From a virus: a stretch of 64,000 nt of DNA. The DNA lies in IMG/VR virus record IMGVR_UViG_3300045988_164636, positions 62,875 to 126,874 of that record; one strand, written 5' to 3'. The notes below the pieces were generated by a model. It was not told the origin of the DNA. It did no database searches and saw only the letters and a list, made by a program, of their open reading frames with translations. A program made the position numbers and the translations under genes. Below, one piece after another: positions 1 to 8,208 of this stretch. The first letter of the stretch is position 1. Each line of letters begins with the position of its first letter.

Positions 1-10
1 AAAAAAGGTT

Positions 11-289
11 ATGACAGATAACGCTATTAAGGTATTTAACTACATCAAGGAAAACGAAGATAAGAACATTACAGCAGCAGATATTGCTGAAGCAACTGGA
101 CTTAATAAGAAGTCAGTAGATGGTACAATTACAATGTCGCTTTACAGACATAAGGATGCAGATAAGAATGAAATTCCCCTTGCAGTTCGTGTAGAAGGCG
201 GAGTTGAAGTTGTAAATGGTAAGCCCAAGGTAATTAAGTATATTAAGCTTACAGATGCAGGTAGAGAATTCGTTCCTACAGAAGACTAA
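11..289 (+). CDS. hypothetical small DNA-binding (winged-helix-like) protein
   Basis: 92-aa ORF. ITAADIAEATGLNKKSVDGTI resembles an HTH. Same layout as ORF 2746..3060, so probably a paralog. Confidence 0.4.
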   Translation: MTDNAIKVFNYIKENEDKNITAADIAEATGLNKKSVDGTITMSLYRHKDADKNEIPLAVRVEGGVEVVNGKPKVIKYIKLTDAGREFVPTED

Positions 290-304
290 TTCTATAAATA
301 AAAT

Positions 305-337
305 AAGGAGAAGTAATTTTTGCTTCTCCTTTTTCTT
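305..337 (+). terminator. rho-independent terminator
   Basis: Perfect 9-bp stem aaggagaag (305-313) / cttctcctt (323-331) followed by a T-run. Confidence 0.6.
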
Positions 338-353
338 ATTATAAGGAGAAATA

Positions 354-1316
354 ATGATCTGGATAATTTTATGTGTTATAATATGCGGCGGCATCATAGT
401 GGCAGCCGCAATTATAAGTAGTAAATTAATAAAGAAGATAAAAAAACAATATAATGAACATTTTGAATTATCTAAAGATTTAGAAAAGTTAAAAAATGAA
501 ATCTCAAAATGGGATAAAGAAAGAGAACAACTTTTCATTTCTAAATTTAAATTGATAACAGAAGTAAATAATTTAAATGAAAAAAGAAACAATTATGTAA
601 ATGATATTATAAAAGTAAAAGACGAAATCCTTGCGGGCTATCAATCTTATGAAGATAATTTAAATAAGCAATATTTATCTATTGAAGATGATTTTGATAA
701 AAAAATAAGTAATTTACAAGAACGATATGAAAATACTTGTAGTCAGTATTTCTGTGAATTAGAAAAAGCAAAGTTGGAATTAGACAATATAAAAGAAAAA
801 AGAAAAAGAACAGTAGAAGTTTTAAATAGAGAACAAACAGAATTAGAAGATGAAGAAAATCATCGTTTAAAAATTACAGCGGCAGATATTGCAGATATAA
901 ATACATTAGAAAAAATCCGTCCACAACTTTCTAAACCAAGAGTATTAAGTATGTTAATATGGAGTACTTGGTTCCAAAAACCTATGACAGAACTATGCAA
1001 TAAATTAATTGGTACTTCTGTAAAAAGTGGGGTTTATAAGATTACTAATATTTTGACTAATGAATGTTATATAGGTCAGGCGACCGATCTAGCTAAAAGA
1101 CTAAAGGAACACGCTAAATGCGGCTTAGGAATAGATACTCCGCAAGGACATAAATTATATAAAGCAATGCAAGAAAATGGATTATGGAACTTCTCTTGGA
1201 GTGTTTTAGAACTCTGTCCTTCCGCAGAATTAAATGCGAGAGAAAGTTTTTATATTGATTTATTTAATTCTTATAATTACGGTTATAATCAAAATCAAGG
1301 CATAAGAAAAAGTTGA
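354..1316 (+). CDS. membrane-anchored coiled-coil protein with C-terminal GIY-YIG nuclease domain
   Basis: N-terminal hydrophobic helix MIWIILCVIICGGIIVAAAIISS, then about 200 aa of K/E-rich heptad-like sequence. C-terminal GIY-YIG core (GVYKITN..CYIGQATDLAKRLKEH..ARESFYI..YGYN). RBS aaggag. Confidence 0.6.
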   Translation: MIWIILCVIICGGIIVAAAIISSKLIKKIKKQYNEHFELSKDLEKLKNEISKWDKEREQLFISKFKLITEVNNLNEKRNNYVNDIIKVKDEILAGYQSYEDNLNKQYLSIEDDFDKKISNLQERYENTCSQYFCELEKAKLELDNIKEKRKRTVEVLNREQTELEDEENHRLKITAADIADINTLEKIRPQLSKPRVLSMLIWSTWFQKPMTELCNKLIGTSVKSGVYKITNILTNECYIGQATDLAKRLKEHAKCGLGIDTPQGHKLYKAMQENGLWNFSWSVLELCPSAELNARESFYIDLFNSYNYGYNQNQGIRKS

Positions 1317-1341
1317 ATTTTTAAAGAAATTATTATATAAT
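1313..1341 (+). promoter_or_regulatory. sigma70-type promoter (TTGAAT-17-TATAAT)
   Basis: ttgaat 1313-1318, 17-nt spacer, tataat 1336-1341. The -35 overlaps the TGA stop of the upstream gene. Same ttattatataat block as at 3074-3085. Confidence 0.5.
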
Positions 1342-1371
1342 TATTATAGTAATTAAAAAGGAGAAAAATAA

Positions 1372-1995
1372 ATGACAAATTTAGTAACAAAAACTTTAAT
1401 GTTTTTAAAAAATAATGAAAAGGAAGTTAAACATTTTGCCGATGCAGTAGATTTAAGTTTTAATCTTGATAGACAGGCTTATATTGGTGAAGAAATTGAT
1501 ATGGCTACAGCAGAAACTGTTGATAATTTAATTCGCTTCTGGAATATGTATGATGAAGAAAATAAGATTCCAGTAGAAGATAGAAAACCTATTAAGATTT
1601 ATATTGACTCCCCCGGTGGTAATCTACTTGCAGGATTTTTAGTTGTAGACTCTATTAGATTATCTAAGACTCCTGTATGGGTAATTAATACTGGTATGGC
1701 ATATTCTACTGCATTTTTGATTTTTATTTCTGGTCACAAGAGATTTGCTTATCCGCAGTCTTCATTCTTACTGCACGAAGGTGGAGTTCAGATGGGATAT
1801 GAAGATGCACACAAATTTGCAAATTATGCCGCATTTTATAAGAAGCAGCTTGCAAAGTTAGAAGAAGCTGTTATAGAATATACAAAAATTACAAAAGAAG
1901 AATATAATGAATCAAAGAAAGACGATGTTTGGTATTTAGCAGATGAAGCTCTTGAAAAGGGTATTTGTGATGAGATTTTAGGAGAGTTCATATAA
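1372..1995 (+). CDS. clpP: ClpP-like serine protease
   Basis: IKIYIDSPGGN, GMAYSTAFLIF (candidate Ser), LLHEGG (candidate His) and C-terminal ..EALEKGICDEI are collinear with ClpP family motifs. Confidence 0.65.
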   Translation: MTNLVTKTLMFLKNNEKEVKHFADAVDLSFNLDRQAYIGEEIDMATAETVDNLIRFWNMYDEENKIPVEDRKPIKIYIDSPGGNLLAGFLVVDSIRLSKTPVWVINTGMAYSTAFLIFISGHKRFAYPQSSFLLHEGGVQMGYEDAHKFANYAAFYKKQLAKLEEAVIEYTKITKEEYNESKKDDVWYLADEALEKGICDEILGEFI

Positions 1996-2756
1996 TGAAA
2001 TTAGAAGATAGTAAAGTTTATAATTTTCAGAATGCTTTTAGCGGAATGAGGTATCCGCTAAAAAGCAATCAAAAATCTGACAGTGTTTTTGGTTATTGTT
2101 CTATTTACGAAATTAATAATTTAATTCATGCTTTTGTTTCTGAACATTATACTGATGATAAGTTAGAGAAAATGTTTAATTATTATCTTAGTAATTGTAT
2201 AATAAATCAGAATAATACATTTTGTGAATACGCCCTTATTGGTCCAGAAGATTTAGATCTTGCCACACGCTTAATCAAAGGCGGAAGTGTTCATCGTAAA
2301 TTCCTAAGACAGATTTTAACTTCTGTGGATATAACTGCTCCTATTTATCTTTGGAGTGAGATAGATACTTACAAAGTAGCAACAGTAGCAAATAGTGAGA
2401 GCACGATGCATACTCTTCATAAAGAAAATATCAATTGGGATAGATTTGAAATGGATGATGCGGCAGATGATGAATATACCGCAGAACCTCTTATTAATTT
2501 CTTAAATTGGTTAGAAGATTTAAGAAAAGATTATGAACAAACAAAAGATAAGAAAACTTGGAAGGTACTAAAGAGATGGCTTCCCGCAAGTTGGCTTCAA
2601 AAGAGAGCTTACACTTGTAATTATGAAACTTTAACAAATTGGTATTATTGGCGGAAAGGACACAAACTTTCTGAATGGAAAACAGTTTTAGACTGGATAG
2701 AAAGTTTACCTTATGCAAACATTTTAATTTTAGGAGAAACAGTAAATGACATTTAA
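1995..2756 (+). CDS. ThyX-like (flavin thymidylate synthase fold) protein lacking the canonical RHR / S-x-RY signature
   Basis: LIKGGSVHRKFLRQILTSVDITAPIYLWSEIDTYKVATVANSESTMH is collinear with ThyX ..KHGHETPFEH..APIFVARQWFRHR..SGRY as I recall it, but the catalytic residues are substituted. Confidence 0.35.
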   Translation: MKLEDSKVYNFQNAFSGMRYPLKSNQKSDSVFGYCSIYEINNLIHAFVSEHYTDDKLEKMFNYYLSNCIINQNNTFCEYALIGPEDLDLATRLIKGGSVHRKFLRQILTSVDITAPIYLWSEIDTYKVATVANSESTMHTLHKENINWDRFEMDDAADDEYTAEPLINFLNWLEDLRKDYEQTKDKKTWKVLKRWLPASWLQKRAYTCNYETLTNWYYWRKGHKLSEWKTVLDWIESLPYANILILGETVNDI

Positions 2757-3060
2757 GGAAAAGTTTTTAGAAGAATTTGAAAAGAATAAAGAATATTTTT
2801 CAGAAGATAGTATAAGTTATATTAAAACATTAAAAAATGAGAAAACAAATGGTAAATTAACTGAATTAAACCATTTAATTTTAGACTTTATGAAAGAAAA
2901 TAAGGATAAGTATGATAACTCATTTTCATCAAAGATAATTGCGGAAGGTCTTGATACTGCCGCCAAGAAAATTTCTGGTTCAATCAGAAAGTTGGTTACT
3001 CTTGGTTTAGTTGAAAAAACAAATGAAAATCCTGTTATATATGCTTTAAGAGAAGATTGA
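2746..3060 (+). CDS. hypothetical small DNA-binding (winged-helix-like) protein
   Basis: 104-aa ORF. KIIAEGLDTAAKKISGSIRKLVTLGLVEK looks like HTH plus wing. Resembles ORF 11..289. Confidence 0.4.
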   Translation: MTFKEKFLEEFEKNKEYFSEDSISYIKTLKNEKTNGKLTELNHLILDFMKENKDKYDNSFSSKIIAEGLDTAAKKISGSIRKLVTLGLVEKTNENPVIYALRED

Positions 3061-3085
3061 TTTTATTAAAAAATTATTATATAAT
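3057..3085 (+). promoter_or_regulatory. sigma70-type promoter (TTGATT-17-TATAAT)
   Basis: ttgatt 3057-3062 overlaps the upstream stop codon, then a 17-nt spacer and tataat 3080-3085. Followed by RBS aaaaggag and ATG 3119. Confidence 0.5.
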
Positions 3086-3118
3086 ATATTTATGATTTAA
3101 AAAAGGAGAAAAAAGATT

Positions 3119-4072
3119 ATGAAGAAGATGAATAATACAGAAATAATTCAGGGTAGAATTTTTAATCATAGTTTATCTGTTAAGCGGGTTGAGAACAAAG
3201 AATCTGCAAGTTTTGGTCAGAACTTTATTAAGGGTACAATTAATGTAGCTATTGATGAAGATGGACTTAGCGTAATTCCTGTGGACTATCGCTTTGTTAA
3301 GGAAACAACTTCAAAGGGAGCAATTAATAAGACATATACTACTCTTATAAACATTATAAATAGCGGCAAGACGTGGGAAACTGATGGTAAGGATGCCGCA
3401 ACAAAAGTAAAGATTACAGCTTCTCTTGGCGTAAATGATTTTGTTAATAAAGATAATGAAATGACTTCTTATAAGATAAATGCAGGTAGTTTTATTGACG
3501 TTATCACAAAGTTGCCAGAACTTGATAAGGAAAGACATAGCTTTACAGTTGATATTCTTATGACTAAGGCAACTCTTAAGGAAGCAGATGGAGAAAGAAT
3601 TAAAGAAGATTACCTTGTTATTAAGGGTGCGGTTTTTGATTTCAGAGGTACATTAATGCCTGTTGAACTTGTTGTCCGCAATAAGAACGGTATTGATGCT
3701 TTCCAGAGTCTTGAACCTTCTAATTCAAATCCTATTTTAAATAAGGTATGGGGTATAATTAATTTCCATTCAGAAACAGAAACAAAGGTTGAAGAAACAC
3801 TTTTCGGTGAACAGAATGTAACTACTTATACAAAGGAAAATAAGGAATGGCTTATCACTGGAGCAAATCCTGATCCTTATGAGTTTGGTGATGAAGCAGT
3901 TCTTACAGTTGAAGAAGTTCAGAAGGCTTCGCAGGAAAGAGAAGTATATCTTGCAGAGGTAAGAAAGAAGCATGATGACTATATCAATTCACTTAAGACT
4001 CCAGAGCCTAAGTCAATTGATGAACAGGTAATTAATGCAGATACAATTAAAAAGAGTGGATTTAATTTCTAA
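3119..4072 (+). CDS. hypothetical protein, possibly ssDNA-binding / recombination partner
   Basis: 317-aa ORF with a strong RBS, immediately upstream of the Sak4-like ATPase. Ends in aromatic ..SGFNF. Function is inferred from position only. Confidence 0.3.
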   Translation: MKKMNNTEIIQGRIFNHSLSVKRVENKESASFGQNFIKGTINVAIDEDGLSVIPVDYRFVKETTSKGAINKTYTTLINIINSGKTWETDGKDAATKVKITASLGVNDFVNKDNEMTSYKINAGSFIDVITKLPELDKERHSFTVDILMTKATLKEADGERIKEDYLVIKGAVFDFRGTLMPVELVVRNKNGIDAFQSLEPSNSNPILNKVWGIINFHSETETKVEETLFGEQNVTTYTKENKEWLITGANPDPYEFGDEAVLTVEEVQKASQEREVYLAEVRKKHDDYINSLKTPEPKSIDEQVINADTIKKSGFNF

Positions 4073-4088
4073 TTAAAGGAGAATATTA

Positions 4089-4181
4089 ATGGCAACAATT
4101 AATTTATTAGCTTTAGAGCCTCATAAGGTTAGTAGAGATTTATCTGGGTACATTACCTACATATACGGAGCAGCAAAGACT
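4089..4181 (+). CDS. Sak4-like (AAA_24/RecA-like) ATPase, exon 1 of 2
   Basis: RBS aaaggag, ATG 4089, MATINLL..YIYGAAKT. Reading on hits a stop after 7 codons. Joining to 5248 rebuilds the Walker A GAAKTGKT in frame. Confidence 0.7.
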
Positions 4182-5247
4182 AGAGAGTTACTGGTCTCTT
4201 GATATGTAAATATCAAGCAAACATTGTAGTAAAAACGGGAACCCTAAACCAGTTTGGCAAGGGAATCCGAACGGAAGTTAATTTGTAATAAAGTTAACAC
4301 GTGCAACGCGTGGTTTTGAAACTAAATAAGGAGTGTATATCGCATATGATAACCCAAGAAAATAAATTATTAATAGTAAAAATGTATAATGAAGGAAGTT
4401 CGTTATCAGAATTATCAAGATTATTTGCTATTGATACAACAGTTATAAAATCAATTTTAAATGAATATAATATTCATATAAGGACAAGAGGAGAACAAAC
4501 TCGTCTGACAAATATGAAGAGAAGTAAATCAGTTGATAATTTTTATTTCTCTAATATAAATACAATAAATAAGGCGTGGATGTTAGGCTTTCTTGCCGCA
4601 GATGGTAGTATAGCAAAAGAAAGAAATACAATTTCAATTGCATTAAGTACAGTAGATAGAGAAATTTTAGAAAAAATAAAAGAAGAAATTAAAATAGAAA
4701 AAACTATTTATGATAGTGAAACTAATAATGGATTTTTAGTATCAAAATTAGAATGGTCAAGCTTACAACAGAAAACAGATCTAAGTAAATATGATATAGT
4801 AAATAATAAAACTTATTTACCAATTCATTTGCCACATTTTGATAATGATAACCTAACGTTAGCTTATATTTTAGGGTACTTTGATGGAGATGGCTCTATT
4901 ACTATCAATAATAATAAGTATTTAAGATTTAGGATCTGCTCTCATAGAAATGAAATTCTGCAAGATATAGCTAATTTTATTGAAAAAAAATATGGAGCGA
5001 CATATTCTTTAAATCAAGACAAAAGAAAATTATATGAATTAAGTATTTCTACTACTTATGCTATACCTTTATTAAATGACTGTTATAATTTAAATTCTAT
5101 CCATCTTGATAGAAAATATCAAAAATATTTAGAATATAAAAGAAACCAAGAGACTACAACATCCATGTAATTGGGATGAGAGGGTACGCTGAACTTATAG
5201 GAAACTATAAGAAGTAAAGGATAAAAAGCCTTTACGATAACAAATTG
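4182..5247 (+). mobile_element. group I intron A (1066 nt) carrying a LAGLIDADG homing endonuclease
   Basis: 5' splice site after U (agacu|) pairs with ggucu 4193-4197, giving a U-G wobble. Last nucleotide is G (..gauaacaaauug|). aaacgggaaccc and cugaacuuauagg..hairpin elements resemble T4 td-type introns. Confidence 0.75.
4346..5170 (+). CDS. LAGLIDADG homing endonuclease (double-motif) with N-terminal HTH
   Basis: LGFLAADGSI and LGYFDGDGSI motifs. RBS aaggag upstream of ATG 4346. The ORF-track start 4301 reads through intron RNA. Confidence 0.85.
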   Translation: MITQENKLLIVKMYNEGSSLSELSRLFAIDTTVIKSILNEYNIHIRTRGEQTRLTNMKRSKSVDNFYFSNINTINKAWMLGFLAADGSIAKERNTISIALSTVDREILEKIKEEIKIEKTIYDSETNNGFLVSKLEWSSLQQKTDLSKYDIVNNKTYLPIHLPHFDNDNLTLAYILGYFDGDGSITINNNKYLRFRICSHRNEILQDIANFIEKKYGATYSLNQDKRKLYELSISTTYAIPLLNDCYNLNSIHLDRKYQKYLEYKRNQETTTSM

Positions 5248-6141
5248 GGTAAGACCACTCTCGCCACAAGAGCGGGAGGATCACTTCTTCTTGCCTTTGA
5301 ACGTGGATATAATGCTTTACCCGGAGTTATTGCTCAGGATATTACATCATGGACAGAAATGAGAGCAGTATTAAGAGAACTAAAAAAGCCAGAAGTAAGA
5401 GAAAAGTTCAAGAGTGTAATAGTAGATACTGTAGATATTGCGGGAAGTTTTTGTGAAAAATACATTTGTACACAGAATGATGTTAATAAGATAGGTGATA
5501 TCCCTTATGGTGGAGGTTGGAACCTAATGAAGAAGGAATTTGAAGATGTCTTCCGTACGATCACTCAGCTGGGTTTTGCCGTTTTCTTTATCTCACATGA
5601 TAAAGACAAGGTTTTTAAGACAGAGGAAGGTTTTGAGTATAATCAAGTTATTCCTTCTTGTCCCACTTCTTTCAATAATATTGCAAAGGATATGAGTGAT
5701 ATTTATGCTTATGCTAAGAAATATCAGGAAAATGGAGTAGCTAAGGTAAAGTTAATTCTTCGTTCAAAAGATAATAGCGTAGATACCGGTTGCCGCTTCA
5801 AATATATTGAACCAGAAATTCCAATGAGTTATGAAGCTCTTGTTGATGCTTTAAATAAAGCAATTGACGAAGAAGCAAAAGAATATGACAATGAATTTGT
5901 TACTGATGAAAGAAATGTTGATGTGGTAAAGAAAGAATTAAATTATGATGAATTAATCAAAGAATTTAATTCTATTACAGCAGAATTAATGAATAAAGAT
6001 GCTGAAACATTCGGTCCTAGAATTGTTTATATTGTTGAAAAATATTTAGGTAAGGGAAAGAAAGTTGCAGAATCTTCAATAGCACAGGTCGAATTAATTG
6101 ATTTAATAGTTAGTGAAATTAAAGATGACCTCTTAAAGTAA
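5248..6141 (+). CDS. Sak4-like ATPase, exon 2 of 2
   Basis: Begins GKTTLATRAGG (rest of the P-loop). VIVDTVD is Walker-B-like. Has no start codon or RBS of its own. Confidence 0.75.
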   Translation, partial: GKTTLATRAGGSLLLAFERGYNALPGVIAQDITSWTEMRAVLRELKKPEVREKFKSVIVDTVDIAGSFCEKYICTQNDVNKIGDIPYGGGWNLMKKEFEDVFRTITQLGFAVFFISHDKDKVFKTEEGFEYNQVIPSCPTSFNNIAKDMSDIYAYAKKYQENGVAKVKLILRSKDNSVDTGCRFKYIEPEIPMSYEALVDALNKAIDEEAKEYDNEFVTDERNVDVVKKELNYDELIKEFNSITAELMNKDAETFGPRIVYIVEKYLGKGKKVAESSIAQVELIDLIVSEIKDDLLK

Positions 6142-6149
6142 AAATATAG

Positions 6150-6182
6150 GGGGAGTTATGAAATATTAACTTCCCTTTATTT
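6150..6182 (+). terminator. probable rho-independent terminator
   Basis: 8-bp stem ggggagtt (6150-6157) / aacttccc (6168-6175) with one G-T wobble, followed by T-rich tttatttaattt. Confidence 0.4.
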
Positions 6183-6203
6183 AATTTAAGAAAGGAGAAA
6201 TAA

Positions 6204-6686
6204 ATGGCTCACGCTGTAAAATGTGTTTATTGCGGAGAAATTTTTGATAGAGATAGAGAAATATGTGTAGAAGTATCTCCAAGAAGATACGCTCACGCCA
6301 CTTGCGATAAACAAGGAATTGAAGATTTAAAAGAACTTGAAGAATATATAAAAAAGATATTTTGTGAAACCACAGTAAATGCGAAGATAAAGAAACAGAT
6401 AAATGATTTTAGAAAAGATTATGGGTATACTTATAGTGGTATATTAAAATGTTTAAAATGGTGGTTTGAAATTCAAGGTAATACAATAGATAAAGCAATG
6501 GGCGGAATTGGTATTGTACCTTATATTTATAAAGAAGTAGAAAAATACTATTATTCTATTTATATTGCTCAAGAAAAAAATCAGAATAAAGAATTAAATA
6601 ATCAAGTAATTGAAGTAGTAGTATCTCCTCCCGCAAGAGATGAGAAAAAAAGATTATTTAATATTGAGGTGGAAGATAGTGACTAA
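6204..6686 (+). CDS. zinc-ribbon protein, possible replication initiation / helicase-loading factor
   Basis: N-terminal C-x2-C ...H-x3-C (CVYCGE..HATC). Overlaps the DnaB start. Function is inferred from position only. Confidence 0.35.
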   Translation: MAHAVKCVYCGEIFDRDREICVEVSPRRYAHATCDKQGIEDLKELEEYIKKIFCETTVNAKIKKQINDFRKDYGYTYSGILKCLKWWFEIQGNTIDKAMGGIGIVPYIYKEVEKYYYSIYIAQEKNQNKELNNQVIEVVVSPPARDEKKRLFNIEVEDSD

Positions 6687-8208
6687 ATATACTGATACTA
6701 CAGCAATTATAAATATTATAGGTAATATTTATAAAAATCCCTCTTTATTAGAAGATGAAAAATATAAATTTATTGAGGAATATTTTCCTAATGAATTTCA
6801 CAGAATTGTTTTCGGAGCAATTTATAATTTATACCAGTTAGGAACAAAAGATATAAGTCTTGCGGCAATTGATGATTATTTATCACAAAGACCGAAACAG
6901 TATGGAATATACAAAACTAATAAAGGTCAAGAATATCTTGAAAAAGCAAAAGAGTATGCAGATATATCTACTTTTCCTTATTATTATAATAGAATAAAGA
7001 AACTTACTTTATTAAGAATGTATCAAGAAAAATGCGGAATGGATTTATCTTCTTTATATGATATGGATAATATTCTTGACGTAAAGAAGAAACAAAAGCA
7101 AGAAGATTGGTTAGATAATACAACTGTTGAAGAAATTGCTGATATTATTGATAAAAAAATTCAAGACATTAGATTAGATTATGCGGAAGATTTTAATAAG
7201 AAGAGTATTCAGGCGGGAGACGGAATTGATAATCTAATTGATACTTTTATGACCACTCCTGATTTTGGTTATCCTATGTATGGTGATTATATCAATACTA
7301 TAACTCGTGGAGCAAGACTGAAAAAAGTATATATGAGGTCGGCCGCTACAGGATTGGGCAAGACGAGAACAATGATTGCAGATATATGTACTTTTGCTTG
7401 TAATAGAATATATAATCCTTACATTAGACAATGGGAAGATAATGGAACAAAAGAACCAACTCTATTTATATCAACAGAGCAAGAAAAAGCGGAAATCCAG
7501 TCTATGATGTTATGTTTTGTTAGTGGAGTTAATGAAGATCATATTCTTACTGGTAGATATGAGGAAGGAGAACTTGAAAGAGTTCGTGAAGCTGCCGCCA
7601 TTTTAAGAGAATCACCACTTTATATAGAAGAACTTCCAGACTTTAGTATGGAAGATATTGAAAACACTATTAAAAGGAATATTAGAGATAATGGTGTTAA
7701 GTATGTAGCTTTTGATTATATTCATTCAAGTATGAAAATTTTAAGTGAAATTTCAAGTAAGGCGGGAGTTAAAGGATTGCGTGAAGACAATATTCTTTTT
7801 ATGATTGGCGTAAGATTAAAAGATCTTGCTAATCAGTATGAAGTATTTATCTTGACTGCCACTCAATTGAATGGGTCTTATACTGAAGCCAAGGAATTCG
7901 ATCAAAACCTACTTAGGGGAGCGAAAAGCTTGGGCGACAAAATTGACACGGGACTAATTCTACTAAAAGCTACGCCTACGGATTTAGATGCACTCAAAAC
8001 AATTTTAATTAAGCAAGGCATTGATACCCCCGATATGAAAATTTCTGTTTATAAGAATAGACGAGGAAGATATAAAGATATATTAATTTGGTGCAAGAGC
8101 GATAGAGGAACTTGTCGAATAAACCCATTATTTATTACTGATTATCAATACGAATTAATGGATATTCCTAAGACTAAGATAAAAATTAGGGAGAAGGACT
8201 TTGAATAA
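6679..8208 (+). CDS. dnaB: DnaB-type replicative helicase
   Basis: DnaB-like N-terminal domain (FHRIVFGAIYNLYQLG), Walker A SAATGLGKTR, FISTEQE, RecA-like C-terminal domain. Likely GTG start 6679 after RBS gaggtggaag; the track start 6640 overlaps the upstream gene. Confidence 0.85.
   Translation: MTKYTDTTAIINIIGNIYKNPSLLEDEKYKFIEEYFPNEFHRIVFGAIYNLYQLGTKDISLAAIDDYLSQRPKQYGIYKTNKGQEYLEKAKEYADISTFPYYYNRIKKLTLLRMYQEKCGMDLSSLYDMDNILDVKKKQKQEDWLDNTTVEEIADIIDKKIQDIRLDYAEDFNKKSIQAGDGIDNLIDTFMTTPDFGYPMYGDYINTITRGARLKKVYMRSAATGLGKTRTMIADICTFACNRIYNPYIRQWEDNGTKEPTLFISTEQEKAEIQSMMLCFVSGVNEDHILTGRYEEGELERVREAAAILRESPLYIEELPDFSMEDIENTIKRNIRDNGVKYVAFDYIHSSMKILSEISSKAGVKGLREDNILFMIGVRLKDLANQYEVFILTATQLNGSYTEAKEFDQNLLRGAKSLGDKIDTGLILLKATPTDLDALKTILIKQGIDTPDMKISVYKNRRGRYKDILIWCKSDRGTCRINPLFITDYQYELMDIPKTKIKIREKDFE

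Noticed and set aside
113-592. 159-aa minus-strand ORF overlapping genes 11..289 and 354..1316
   Set aside because: It is antisense to two better-supported genes and has no RBS. Its F/L/I/K/N-rich composition is typical of spurious frames in AT-rich DNA.
4301-4345. N-terminal extensions of intron-encoded endonuclease ORFs (also 20687..20758 and 28964..29017)
   Set aside because: These extensions read through structured intron RNA and lack an RBS. Internal ATGs preceded by AGGAG-type sites (4346, 20759, 28963) fit better.
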